From Verrucomicrobiota bacterium (lineage in GTDB: Bacteria; Verrucomicrobiota; Verrucomicrobiia; Opitutales; Opitutaceae), in contig JBAXLL010000001.1 in NCBI GenBank assembly GCA_037134835.1, positions 1 to 34,454 on the forward strand: a stretch of DNA of 34,454 bases, given 5' to 3'. Below the pieces are notes generated by a model that saw nothing but the letters and a program-made list of their open reading frames with translations, searched no databases and was not told where the DNA came from. Each line of letters starts with the position of its first letter. Positions within the stretch are counted from its first letter, which is position 1. Position numbers and translations under genes: made by a program. Below are positions 1-8,518 of the stretch, piece by piece.

Positions 1-1575
1 GAGCACACCGCGCGCATCGTCCCACAGCTCGCGTTCGATGAATCCGGCCACCCGCACCGCCGCCGTCCGGCACCGCCCGCGCATCGCCCCAAGGCACTCC
101 GCCGGGCTGGTCGCACCGCGGGCGAAGGCCGAAAGCATCAGCCCGTTCCATGCCGTGATGATCTTGTCATCAAGGTGAGGCCGCGGCCGGGCAGCGCGCA
201 CCAAGCGCAGCTTCTCCAGTCCGCCACCGAGCGACGCCACCGCAGCTAGTAGATCAAGACCGAGCTTCCGGGCCGTCTCGGCCAGTGGGCGGGTCTGCGC
301 GAGGATGTTTTTGCCGGTAAATTCGCCGTGGGGATCGAGCTGCTCCCGCACATTGCCCTCCGGCCTGACGCCAAAGTGTGCGCAGAACAAGCCCGCGTCG
401 GCACCGAGCACCGAGACTATTTCCGCGTGGGTCCACGTGTAGAACGCGCCCTCGGCCTTCGCTCTTGTCCCTACTCGACACCCCTCCCCTCCCTCTCCTG
501 GTTTGGCAGTCTCGGGCAACAGCGAATCTGCATCCTCCGCCGAGTAAAGCCCCCCCCCCGGCGCCAGTAGGTCGCGCAGGACGTAGTCAAAAATCCCGCG
601 CGCAACCCAGGCGAAGCGCTCGTCGCCCGTCGCGAGGTAGGCATCGAGGACGTTTACCGCGATCTGCGCCTGATCATAGAGCATTTTCTCGAAGTGTGGC
701 ACCAGCCACCCCGCATCGACTGCATAGCGGTGGAACCCGCCGCCCACATGATCATGGATGCCGCCGCCCGCCATTTTTTGCAACGTGACTGTCGCCATGC
801 GCCCCGCCTCCCGGCCCAGCCCCGAGTCCTCCCCCTGGAGCACTGTGACGCGGAAGAGAAAATTCAGGTTCGACGCACACGGAAATTTTGGCGCACCGCC
901 AAAGCCACCATGCTGTGTATCAAATGCCTCGTAAAAATGCTGGAAGCCATGCCCAAAGGCCTCCCCGCCCGCCTCGGCCAGACGCGAGTCCGCAGACCTG
1001 GCACCGGACGCAACATCGGCGAGCCGGGCCGCTCCCCTTCCGGCGCCAGGCCCTTTGTCTTCCACCTTCGGCTCCAGCTGCGCCCGTAGTACGCCGATCA
1101 CCCGGTCCGCCTCGGCAACGAGCTTCTCCCGCCCCTCCGCCCAGCCCTTGGCGATGGCCCGCAGAACCGATACCAAACCCGGCCGTCCTTGCCGGTCCTC
1201 CGGTGGAAAATAGGTGCCGCCATGAAAGGGCTTCAGTTCCGGGGTGAGCCACGCGCTCAGCGGCCAGCCGCCGTGACCGGTGAGCCCCTGCACGTAAGTC
1301 ATGTAGATCTTGTCCACATCGGGCCGTTCCTCGCGGTCCACCTTGACGGGGACAAAATGCGCGTTGAGCAGCGCGGCGATGTCCGCGTGCTCGAACGACT
1401 CGTGCGCCATGACGTGGCACCAGTGGCAGGTCGAATAGCCGATGCTCAGGAAGATGGGTTTCTGCTCCGCACGTGCCTTGGCAAACGCCGCCTCGCCCCA
1501 CGGCAGCCAGGCGACGGGATTGTCCGCGTGCTGGAGCAGGTAGGGGGATTTTTCGTGCGCGAGGGCGTTGGGCAT
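1..1575 (-). CDS. Thioredoxin-domain protein of the DUF255/YyaL type (thioredoxin fold plus alpha/alpha-barrel); 3' end lies beyond the left window edge
   Basis: The frame is open from the ATG at 1575-1573 to nt 1. It is absent from the ORF track because no stop falls in the window. My translation gives [61 protein letters not shown]..., then [57 protein letters not shown] and EGAFYTWT. These are hallmark motifs of this family. Confidence 0.85.
   Translation of the reverse strand, partial: MPNALAHEKSPYLLQHADNPVAWLPWGEAAFAKARAEQKPIFLSIGYSTCHWCHVMAHESFEHADIAALLNAHFVPVKVDREERPDVDKIYMTYVQGLTGHGGWPLSAWLTPELKPFHGGTYFPPEDRQGRPGLVSVLRAIAKGWAEGREKLVAEADRVIGVLRAQLEPKVEDKGPGAGRGAARLADVASGARSADSRLAEAGGEAFGHGFQHFYEAFDTQHGGFGGAPKFPCASNLNFLFRVTVLQGEDSGLGREAGRMATVTLQKMAGGGIHDHVGGGFHRYAVDAGWLVPHFEKMLYDQAQIAVNVLDAYLATGDERFAWVARGIFDYVLRDLLAPGGGLYSAEDADSLLPETAKPGEGGEGCRVGTRAKAEGAFYTWTHAEIVSVLGADAGLFCAHFGVRPEGNVREQLDPHGEFTGKNILAQTRPLAETARKLGLDLLAAVASLGGGLEKLRLVRAARPRPHLDDKIITAWNGLMLSAFARGATSPAECLGAMRGRCRTAAVRVAGFIERELWDDARGVL
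550..559 (-). repeat. Homopolymer tract inside the CDS: C10 on the + strand, G10 in the mRNA
   Basis: Read directly as ...gtaaagCCCCCCCCCCggcgcc.... It is decoded in frame as CCG GGG GGG GGG CTT (P-G-G-G-L). Confidence 0.9.
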
Positions 1576-1685
1576 GAGAAAAAAAATAAGGGATAAGCGC
1601 CAAGACGCGAGGAAGCAACGCCGCCGGTGCGGCAACCGCACGGCAAAGTTTGGCCAAATTCACCGTAACCCAAAAGTAACATCGC

Positions 1686-3920
1686 GTGCCGCCGCAAATC
1701 TTGCCGTGCCGCTGGCAGGAATCATGCGTAGTCCGTTCACGCTTGACCAACGCACCCAAAACCCAATCCGCCGCGCCGCCGTTTGCACCCAATGTCCTCG
1801 CCGGGGCGATTTGCGCGCTGATGACGCTCGCTTACGCGAGCGGCTTCGCGACGCTGATTTTCGGCGGCACGCTCGCGCCGCACTCGGGGCAGGCGGTGCT
1901 GGCGGCCATCGTGAGCAGTTGCGTGACGATTTTGGTCTTGTCGTGGCGGAGCTCGTTTGGGTTCGCGATGGGCGGGCCGGACTCGAACCCGTCGGCCATC
2001 CTCGCGGTCACGGCCGGGGCCATCGCGGCCGAGATTGCGCGCGGAGCCACCGGCGCGGAGTCGGCGGACTTGCTGCCGACGGTGCTGATGTTTCTCTTCG
2101 TCGCCGCGTCGGGTTGCGGGCTGATCCTGTATTTTTTGGGTGCTCGCCATTGGGGCCGTTATGTGCGCTACATCCCGTATCCGGTGGTGGGTGGATTTCT
2201 GGTAGGCAGCGGTTTCCTGCTCGTGTCCGGCGCGTGGAAAATGCTCGTGGGCGCGTCGCCCGCGCACACGACCTGGGCGGAGATCGCGGCCGTGCCGCCG
2301 CTGGCGTGGGCGGCGGCGGCGGTCGTGGCGGCGGCGCTGCTCGTGCTGATGCGCGTCTCAAAACATTTTCTCGTGATTCCCGGCGTGATTTTTGGCGCGG
2401 CGGTTTTGTTTCACGTCGCGCTCCTCGCGACCGGCACCGGCCTTGCGGCGGCGCACATGTCCGGCCTGCTGCTCAGCCCGCTCAAGCCCGGCGCATGGAG
2501 CCAGCCGTTCAACCTGACGTGGGGCCATGTGCGCTGGGATTTGATTGTCGCACACGTCAACGATTTCGCCGCGATGACGATGGTCGTCGTTGTCACCATC
2601 CTGCTCAACGCCACCAGCCTCGACCACGCCACCGGGCTGGACGCCGACTTCGACCGCGAGCTCAAGGCGCTCGGGCTGGCGAATTTCCTGAGCGGTCTTC
2701 TCGGCGGGCTGGTCGCCGTGAACTCATTCAACCGCAGCCTGCTCAACCTCCGCGCCGGGGCCAACTCGCCGTGGGCGGGCCGCGTCTGCGTGGCCTTGGT
2801 GCTGCTGCTCACGCTCTTCGCGCCGGGCGCGGTGGCGCTGCTGCCCAAGCCGGTGCTCACCGGGCTGGTGTTTTACCTCGGCGTCTCGCTGCTGATGCAC
2901 TGGCTGTGGGACAGCCGGCACGAGATGCCGCGCGGCGACTACCTCACGATGCTGGCGATCCTCGCAATTGTGGTGGGCTTCGGCATCGTGCCGGGCGTGC
3001 TGCTCGGCGTGGTATTTTCGATGGTCAGCTTTGTGGTGACGTTCAGCCGCACCTCGGTCGTGAAACACCGTTTCAACGGCATGGTGCGCCACTCCAACGT
3101 CGAGCGCCTGCCCAAGGAAATGGACTGGCTGCGTCGCCACGGCGAGCATCTGCAGGGCGCAGTTTTCCAAGGCTACCTGTTCTTCGGCACCGCCACGGCC
3201 GTGCTCGACCAGTTGCGCGACGTGCCCGGCAAGGCCCGCGTGCTGCTCCTCGATTTCTGGCTCGTGCGCGGCATTGACGCCTCGTCCGTCATGGTCATGC
3301 GCAAGCTCCTCAAGCTCTGCGCCGACGCGAAAACCCAGGTGGTGTTCACCGGCGTTTCCCCGGCGTTGCGGGAAAAAATGCTCGCGAGCGGCCTCGACAT
3401 CGCACGCAGCCCCGCCCGAAGTTTTCCCGACCTCGACCGCGGCCTCGAATGGGCCGAGCAGACGGTCCTCAGCGAGGCCGTCGAGCAGATCACCCTCGGC
3501 CAGATGCTCGGGGGCCTCACGCCCACCGAGACCGAGACCGTCGCGCGCCACTTCGCAGAGCAAACGGCCCCCGAGGGCGAGACGTTCATCCGCAAAGGCG
3601 ACGCCGGCGACGCGCTCTTCATCGTGCTCAAGGGGCGCGTGAGCATCCAGCTCGTGATCAAAGGCTCCGACTTCCGCAAACGCCTCCGCACTTACGGCCC
3701 CGGCACAATCATCGGCGAGATGGGCTTCTACAGCGGCGCGCCGCGCAGCGCCGACATCTGCGCCGACACGTCCACCCATCTGCTGTGCATCACGCGCGAC
3801 AGTTTCGCGCAGATGGAAGCGGAAGACCCCGTGCTCGCAGGCAAGCTCCACCGCCTCGTGATCAACACGCTCGCCTCCCGCCTCCGCACCGCCAACGAGG
3901 CGCTGAACGATTTGCTGTAG
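1686..3920 (+). CDS. SulP/SLC26-family anion transporter fused to a STAS domain and a C-terminal cyclic-nucleotide-binding domain
   Basis: 744-aa ORF. The N-terminal part is multi-TM and hydrophobic (LAGAICALMTLAYASGFATLIFGG, NSFNRSLLNLRAGANS). A STAS-like segment follows (VLLLDFWLVRGIDASSVMVMRKLLKL...VVFTGVSPALREKM). The C-terminus carries a cNMP-binding signature (FIRKGDAGDALFIVLKGRVSIQ...GPGTIIGEMGFYSGAPRSADICA). The GTG start at 1686 is uncertain; TTG at 1743 is an in-frame alternative. Confidence 0.85.
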   Translation: MPPQILPCRWQESCVVRSRLTNAPKTQSAAPPFAPNVLAGAICALMTLAYASGFATLIFGGTLAPHSGQAVLAAIVSSCVTILVLSWRSSFGFAMGGPDSNPSAILAVTAGAIAAEIARGATGAESADLLPTVLMFLFVAASGCGLILYFLGARHWGRYVRYIPYPVVGGFLVGSGFLLVSGAWKMLVGASPAHTTWAEIAAVPPLAWAAAAVVAAALLVLMRVSKHFLVIPGVIFGAAVLFHVALLATGTGLAAAHMSGLLLSPLKPGAWSQPFNLTWGHVRWDLIVAHVNDFAAMTMVVVVTILLNATSLDHATGLDADFDRELKALGLANFLSGLLGGLVAVNSFNRSLLNLRAGANSPWAGRVCVALVLLLTLFAPGAVALLPKPVLTGLVFYLGVSLLMHWLWDSRHEMPRGDYLTMLAILAIVVGFGIVPGVLLGVVFSMVSFVVTFSRTSVVKHRFNGMVRHSNVERLPKEMDWLRRHGEHLQGAVFQGYLFFGTATAVLDQLRDVPGKARVLLLDFWLVRGIDASSVMVMRKLLKLCADAKTQVVFTGVSPALREKMLASGLDIARSPARSFPDLDRGLEWAEQTVLSEAVEQITLGQMLGGLTPTETETVARHFAEQTAPEGETFIRKGDAGDALFIVLKGRVSIQLVIKGSDFRKRLRTYGPGTIIGEMGFYSGAPRSADICADTSTHLLCITRDSFAQMEAEDPVLAGKLHRLVINTLASRLRTANEALNDLL

Positions 3921-3940
3921 GCCCGCGGCAAACCGTGCCG

Positions 3941-3962
3941 AGGCGGGGTTCGGCGACCCCGC
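3941..3962 (+). terminator. Possible terminator-like hairpin after the transporter gene
   Basis: GGCGGGGT-tcggcg-ACCCCGCC forms a perfect 8-bp GC-rich stem 21 nt after the stop. No clear U-tract follows (ctacaatgattt). Confidence 0.3.
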
Positions 3963-4035
3963 CCTACAATGATTTCGCCCGTCCCAGCATTCGTCTTGCC
4001 CACCGCGCGCCGGGCTGGTTTGCTGGCCGGTTCCG

Positions 4036-5922
4036 ATGCTCACCATCGCCGACGTTTCCAAGTCTTACGGCACCCGCGAACTCTTCGCGGATGTGTCGCT
4101 GTTCATCGCCCGCACCGACCGCTATGGCCTCGTCGGGCCCAATGGCGCGGGCAAATCCACGCTCTTTAATCTCATCCTGGGCGAAGAGGCACCTGACGAG
4201 GGCACCATCGAATGGGAACGCGGCGCCGACTTCGGCTTCCTGCCCCAGGAGAGCGCACCCGTCGGCGACGAGACGATCATCCAGATCGCCACCAGCGGGA
4301 AAAAACTGCTCCCGGAAACCGACGACGACTACGACATTGATTACACGCTGGAGCCGCGCGCGAAGAAGATCCTCGCCGGCCTCGGCTTCCGCGAAGGCGA
4401 CAGCGACAAGCTCGCCAAGACTTTCTCGGGCGGCTGGGTGATGCGCGCCCACCTGGCCCGGCTGTTGGTGGCCGAGCCCGCCCTGCTGCTCCTCGACGAG
4501 CCGACCAACCATCTCGACCTTGAGGCACTGCTGTGGTTTCAAGACTACCTCACGCGCTACCCCGGCGGCCTCGTGGTCATTTCGCACGATCGCGCCTTTC
4601 TCAACGTCCTCTGCACCGGCATCCTCGAGCTGCGGAGCTGCCGCCTCAACCGCTACACCGGCAACTACGACGACTATCTGGCCGAGAAGGAGGCGCGGAA
4701 GGATCAGCAGGCTGCCGCATTCAAGAACCAGCAGCGCGAAATCGCCCATCTCCAGAAATTTGTGGACCGATTCGGAGCCAAAGCCTCGATGGCTTCGCGC
4801 GCCAAATCGAAGGAAAAGCAGATCGAGCGCCTGGAGGCCGTCGCCGTCGAGGAACCGCAGGATGAGCTGAAGCGGATCCACTTTAAGTTCCCCCAGCCGC
4901 CGCGCTCCGGGCTCAAGGTCATTGAGCTTGAGCATGTGCAGCAGTCCTACGGGGACCATGTCGTCTACCGCGACCTGAACTTCAGTTGCGAGCGCGGCCA
5001 GCGCATCGTGCTCGTCGGCCCCAATGGCGCGGGCAAGTCCACGCTGCTCAAAATCCTCGGCGATGTCATCCCGATCCAAGGCGGCGTGCGCGAGCTCGGC
5101 AGCAACGTGATCACCGGCTACTTTGCCCAAAACCGCCTCGACAACCTGCACGCCGACGCGAGTGTGTTTGAAAACGTGATGGAGCTGCGGACCAATGAAA
5201 ACCAGCTCACCGAACAGCAGGGCCGGGCGATTCTCGGTGCCTTTCTTTTTCGCAAGGATGACGTTCATAAAAAGGTCTCCGTCCTTTCCGGTGGCGAAAA
5301 GTCCCGCCTCGCTCTCGCCCGGCTCCTCGTGAAGCCGCCCAACCTGCTCCTGATGGACGAGCCGACGACCCATCTGGACATCGCCTCGATTGACGCGCTC
5401 GTCGGTGCGCTGAAAAGCTACGAGGGCACGCTCATCTTCATCAGCCACGACGTGCATTTTATCCGGCAGCTCGCGCAAAACGTCCTCCACGTTCACTCCG
5501 GCCGGCTCACCCCCTACGCCGGCAACTACGACTACTACCTCGACAAGTCGAAGGCCTCCAACGAGCGCGCCGCCCTCACGGCCGGTTTCACCGACGCGCG
5601 GCCGAAGCAGAATCAGGCCGCCGCCCACTCCGGTTCCAACCGGACCCCGATGGCCGCGCCCCCCGCAGCCACCAAGTCCAAGGCCAATCCTGCCGAGATC
5701 AAAAAGCTCCGAGCCGAAGTCGGCCATCTCGAGGAAAACGTCTCCAAGCTCGAAGCGAAGCAAAACGAGCTTACGGCCGCCCTCGAAGCGCCCGAGACCT
5801 ACACGCAACCCGGCAAGGCCCAGCACCTGAACCGCGAGCTCAGTGTGATCGTGGACCAGCTCGCCGCCGCAACCACCGCATGGGAGCAGGCCGCCGGCCG
5901 CCTGGCCGCGCTCAACCCGTAA
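4036..5922 (+). CDS. ABC-F family ATPase: two ABC cassettes, no TM domain, C-terminal coiled coil (YheS/Uup-like)
   Basis: Two Walker A motifs (GPNGAGKST twice) and two ABC signatures (FSGGWVMRAHLARLL, LSGGEKSRLALARLL). The inter-domain linker is charged (YLAEKEARKDQQAAAFKNQQREIAHLQKFVDRFGAKAS). The C-terminal helix is charged (AEIKKLRAEVGHLEENVSKLEAKQNELTAALE). Confidence 0.9.
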   Translation: MLTIADVSKSYGTRELFADVSLFIARTDRYGLVGPNGAGKSTLFNLILGEEAPDEGTIEWERGADFGFLPQESAPVGDETIIQIATSGKKLLPETDDDYDIDYTLEPRAKKILAGLGFREGDSDKLAKTFSGGWVMRAHLARLLVAEPALLLLDEPTNHLDLEALLWFQDYLTRYPGGLVVISHDRAFLNVLCTGILELRSCRLNRYTGNYDDYLAEKEARKDQQAAAFKNQQREIAHLQKFVDRFGAKASMASRAKSKEKQIERLEAVAVEEPQDELKRIHFKFPQPPRSGLKVIELEHVQQSYGDHVVYRDLNFSCERGQRIVLVGPNGAGKSTLLKILGDVIPIQGGVRELGSNVITGYFAQNRLDNLHADASVFENVMELRTNENQLTEQQGRAILGAFLFRKDDVHKKVSVLSGGEKSRLALARLLVKPPNLLLMDEPTTHLDIASIDALVGALKSYEGTLIFISHDVHFIRQLAQNVLHVHSGRLTPYAGNYDYYLDKSKASNERAALTAGFTDARPKQNQAAAHSGSNRTPMAAPPAATKSKANPAEIKKLRAEVGHLEENVSKLEAKQNELTAALEAPETYTQPGKAQHLNRELSVIVDQLAAATTAWEQAAGRLAALNP

Positions 5923-6033
5923 GCCAACCGCACCAGCGCCAGGACACGGGCTACCCTCGCTGCCGCCCTTCCGGCACCCTCCCCCGCGCCGGCTTCCGGC
6001 CAGCCGAGGTGATCTTCCATCCCGGCTGACAAA

Positions 6034-6064
6034 ACGCCTGCCATGCACAGGGCACGGCAGGCGT
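6034..6064 (-). terminator. Hairpin terminator downstream of rplQ, in the convergent gap with the ABC-F gene
   Basis: ACGCCTGCC...GGCAGGCGT is a perfect 9-bp stem with an inner TGC/GCA extension, 25 nt after the rplQ stop. On the minus strand it is followed by TTTGT, a short U-tract. Confidence 0.5.
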
Positions 6065-6088
6065 AGTTCGCAAACTTGGCGCGGCGGG

Positions 6089-6598
6089 TCAGGCCTTGGC
6101 TTCGGGTGCGGCTGCGGCAGGCGCTTCCGCAGCCGTCGCGGTCGTGGCCGGCGCGGTCTTCACTTTGGCGGACTTGGCGGACTTGCGGCCCTTGGACTTT
6201 TTGTAGCCGGTGTCATCCGCCTTGATGACCTCGATGATGGCCATCTCGGCGGCATCGCTGATGCGCTGCGGGCCCAGCTTGTAAATGCGGGTATAGCCGC
6301 CGGGACGGCTGACGAACTCCTTGTACTTCTCATTAAAGAGCAGGGTGACGGCCGTCTCGTCGCGCACGGCTGAGAGCGCGATGCGACGAAGATGGATGGC
6401 GTCCTTCTGCTCGGCCTTGGCCGCCGCCTGCTTGGCCTTGGTGATGACCTTCTCGATGAAGGGGCGGAGCGCCCTGGCCTTGGTGAGGGTGGTCTCGATC
6501 CGACCGTGCGTGATGAGCGCGGCGGCGAGGTTGGAGAGCATCGCGCGGCGATGCCCGATGGTGACGCCGAGTGAGGCGTGGTGTTTTCCGTGACGCAT
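6089..6598 (-). CDS. rplQ: 50S ribosomal protein L17, with a Lys/Ala-rich C-terminal tail
   Basis: MRHGKHHASLGVTIGHRRAMLSNLAAALITHGRIETTLTKARALRPFIEKVITKAK. It sits last in the alpha operon, after rpoA. Confidence 0.95.
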   Translation of the reverse strand: MRHGKHHASLGVTIGHRRAMLSNLAAALITHGRIETTLTKARALRPFIEKVITKAKQAAAKAEQKDAIHLRRIALSAVRDETAVTLLFNEKYKEFVSRPGGYTRIYKLGPQRISDAAEMAIIEVIKADDTGYKKSKGRKSAKSAKVKTAPATTATAAEAPAAAAPEAKA

Positions 6599-6693
6599 GG
6601 TGGTTTGGTTTTAGGCGGTTCCCGATCGGCAATCCGGTCGCAGCGTGGGGCGGCAGCGGACGGCGCGAGAACCGAAATTATTTTTGATTTTGG

Positions 6694-6755
6694 ATTCTCG
6701 ATTTTGGATTTGGACTTCCGACCGCCGGGGCAATCGAAAATCCAAAATCGAAAAT
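6694..6755 (-). other. 18-bp A/U-rich inverted repeat (stem-loop, 26-nt loop) in the rpoA-rplQ spacer
   Basis: 6694-6711 attctcgattttggattt pairs with 6738-6755 aaatccaaaatcgaaaat. There is one mismatch, which becomes G-U in the minus-strand RNA. The arms are built from tandem NNAAATC/GATTTTN heptads. No U-tract follows. Confidence 0.6.
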
Positions 6756-6759
6756 TCGC

Positions 6760-7761
6760 TCACGCTTCCTTCTTGGTATCGAGCAGGCGCTCGTCGAACT
6801 TCATGCCGAGGGAGAGGCCGAGAGCTTCGAGCTTTTCCTTGATCTCGTTGAGGGACTTTTTGCCGAAGTTGCGATACTTGAGCATTTCCTGCTCGGTCTT
6901 CATCGCGAGTTCGCCGACGGTGGTGATGTTCGCGTTGTTGAGGCAGTTCGCGGCACGCACGGACAGCTCGATCTCGTTGACCGACATGTTGAGGAGCTTG
7001 CGGAGCTTGTTCTGCTCGTCGGATACCTCGTTCTGTTTGCTGTCGAACTCGTACTGCTCCTGACTGGCACGATCGAAGACATCAAGGTGATGCTTGAGGA
7101 TGGAGGAGCCCTGCTTTAGGGCATCATCCGGCGTGATGCGACCATCGGTCCAAATTTCGAGGATCAGCTTGTCGTAGTCCGTGATCTGGCCGACGCGGGT
7201 GGCCTCAACCGAGTATTTGACGAGGCGCACGGGGGCGAAGATGGTGTCAATGGAAATCACCCCAATGGCCTGCTCCTCTTTCTTGTTCTCAACACCGGGG
7301 CAATAACCGCGGCCGGTCTTGATCTCAACTTCGGCCTCAAAGGCGCGCTTGGCACTCAGGGTGCAGATCAGCTGGTCGGGGTTGACGATCGTAATATTGG
7401 CATCGGCCTGCAAGTCGGCCGCAGTGACGCGGCCGGCCTTGGCCGCCTTGAGCGTGAGCGTGACCGGCTCCCGTTTCTGGGAAACGACGAGGACCTTTTT
7501 GAGGTTGAGCACGATGTCCGTCACATCCTCCACGACGCCGTCCACGGACTGAAACTCGTGGTTCACGCCATCAATTTTGATGGAGGAGATGGCGCTGCCC
7601 TCAATCGAACCGAGCAGGATACGGCGCAGGGAATTGCCGATGGTGTGGCCAAAGCCGGCCTCAAAGGGCTCGGCGATGAACTTGGCGTAGGTCGGCGTGG
7701 AGCCTTCCTCGACCTTGGTGAGCTTGTTGGGGAGTTCGAATTTTCCGAGGCGTTTGGACAT
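6760..7761 (-). CDS. rpoA: DNA-directed RNA polymerase alpha subunit
   Basis: 333 aa. The N-terminus reads FIAEPFEAGFGHTIGNSLRRILLGSIEGSAISSIKIDGVNHEF. The C-terminal domain reads SVRAANCLNNANITTVGELAMKTEQEMLKYRNFGKKSLNEIKEKL. Operon position is as expected. Confidence 0.97.
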   Translation of the reverse strand: MSKRLGKFELPNKLTKVEEGSTPTYAKFIAEPFEAGFGHTIGNSLRRILLGSIEGSAISSIKIDGVNHEFQSVDGVVEDVTDIVLNLKKVLVVSQKREPVTLTLKAAKAGRVTAADLQADANITIVNPDQLICTLSAKRAFEAEVEIKTGRGYCPGVENKKEEQAIGVISIDTIFAPVRLVKYSVEATRVGQITDYDKLILEIWTDGRITPDDALKQGSSILKHHLDVFDRASQEQYEFDSKQNEVSDEQNKLRKLLNMSVNEIELSVRAANCLNNANITTVGELAMKTEQEMLKYRNFGKKSLNEIKEKLEALGLSLGMKFDERLLDTKKEA

Positions 7762-7806
7762 GGCGGATGAGTTTTGAGTCTGAGTGAAATGAAGATGAAA
7801 ATGGGT

Positions 7807-7830
7807 GGTTGCGACCCGGCTAACGCAACC
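7807..7830 (-). other. Small stem-loop in the rpsD-rpoA spacer
   Basis: GGTTGCG-(10 nt)-CGCAACC, a 7-bp stem. On the minus strand it is followed by ACCCATTTTCATCTTCATTT. It may be a weak attenuator or a processing site. Confidence 0.3.
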
Positions 7831-7862
7831 GGGCGGTCCTCCAAGGGCGCGCCCGGCAGGAA

Positions 7863-8474
7863 TCAGAAGCGAGAGTAAAACTCGACGATAAGCTGGTCGT
7901 TGACCTCGGGGGCCATTTCGTCGCGCTTGGGCAGACGCACGACCGTGGCTTTGAACTGCTCGGCGTTGAGGGCAAGCCAGCCAGGAACCGCACGGGCGCG
8001 GTTGTCTTCAAGGTTGCGAGTGGCGAGCTGGCGGGCAGCGGGACGATCCTTGATCTCCAGCTCGTCACCGGGCTGCACGTTGTAACTGGCGATATCCACC
8101 TTGTGGCCATTAACCCGGATGTGACCGTGGTTGACGAACTGACGGGCGGCCGCGCGAGAACGAGCGAAGCCAAGAAGGTAGATGACGCTGTCAAGACGCG
8201 TCTCCAACAACTGGAGGAAACGCTCGCCGGTGACACCGCGCTCCGACTTGGCGATGGCAAACACGCGACGGAACTGGCGCTCTAGCACACCGTAGATGGC
8301 GCGAAGCTTCTGTTTTTCGCGCAGGCCGACGGCGTACTCGGAGTGCTTGCTCCGAGACTTGGGGCCGTGAACGCCCGGGGGAAAATTGCGGCGCTCAAAT
8401 GCCTTGCCGGAGCCCAGAATGAACTGGCCGAAACGGCGGCTGATGCGGGTGGTGGGGCCGGTATAACGAGCCAT
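7863..8474 (-). CDS. rpsD: 30S ribosomal protein S4
   Basis: MARYTGPTTRISRRFGQFILGSGKAFERRNFPPGVHG..., 203 aa, in the alpha-operon position. Confidence 0.96.
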   Translation of the reverse strand: MARYTGPTTRISRRFGQFILGSGKAFERRNFPPGVHGPKSRSKHSEYAVGLREKQKLRAIYGVLERQFRRVFAIAKSERGVTGERFLQLLETRLDSVIYLLGFARSRAAARQFVNHGHIRVNGHKVDIASYNVQPGDELEIKDRPAARQLATRNLEDNRARAVPGWLALNAEQFKATVVRLPKRDEMAPEVNDQLIVEFYSRF

Positions 8475-8477
8475 GGA

Positions 8478-8505
8478 GATTTATGATTTACGATTGAAGA
8501 TTTAG
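8478..8505 (-). repeat. Four tandem heptads ending in AATC, immediately upstream of the rpsD ATG
   Basis: The minus-strand leader reads CTAAATC TTCAATC GTAAATC ATAAATC TCC ATG, read directly from the sequence. Confidence 0.7.
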
Positions 8506-8518
8506 GATGGCCGGCGGT

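Noticed and set aside
920-1792. 290-aa minus-strand ORF spanning the divergent intergenic region.
   Set aside because: It is a different frame from the conserved DUF255/YyaL-type gene, which starts at 1575. Its translation is low-complexity and it crosses the promoter region and the transporter start.
1568-6048. Very long ORFs in alternative frames or on the opposite strand: 1568-3277 (+, 569 aa), 2724-4061 (-, 445 aa), 3449-4441 (+, 330 aa), 3964-6048 (-, 694 aa).
   Set aside because: Their translations are Arg/Ala/Gly/Pro-rich low-complexity strings typical of high-GC shadow frames. They fully overlap the well-supported SulP and ABC-F genes.
7845-7854. Perfect 10-bp palindrome GGGCGCGCCC in the rpsD-rpoA spacer.
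   Set aside because: It has no loop, so it is unlikely to form a hairpin. It is a short GC palindrome of the kind common in GC-rich DNA, and there is no second copy to suggest an operator.
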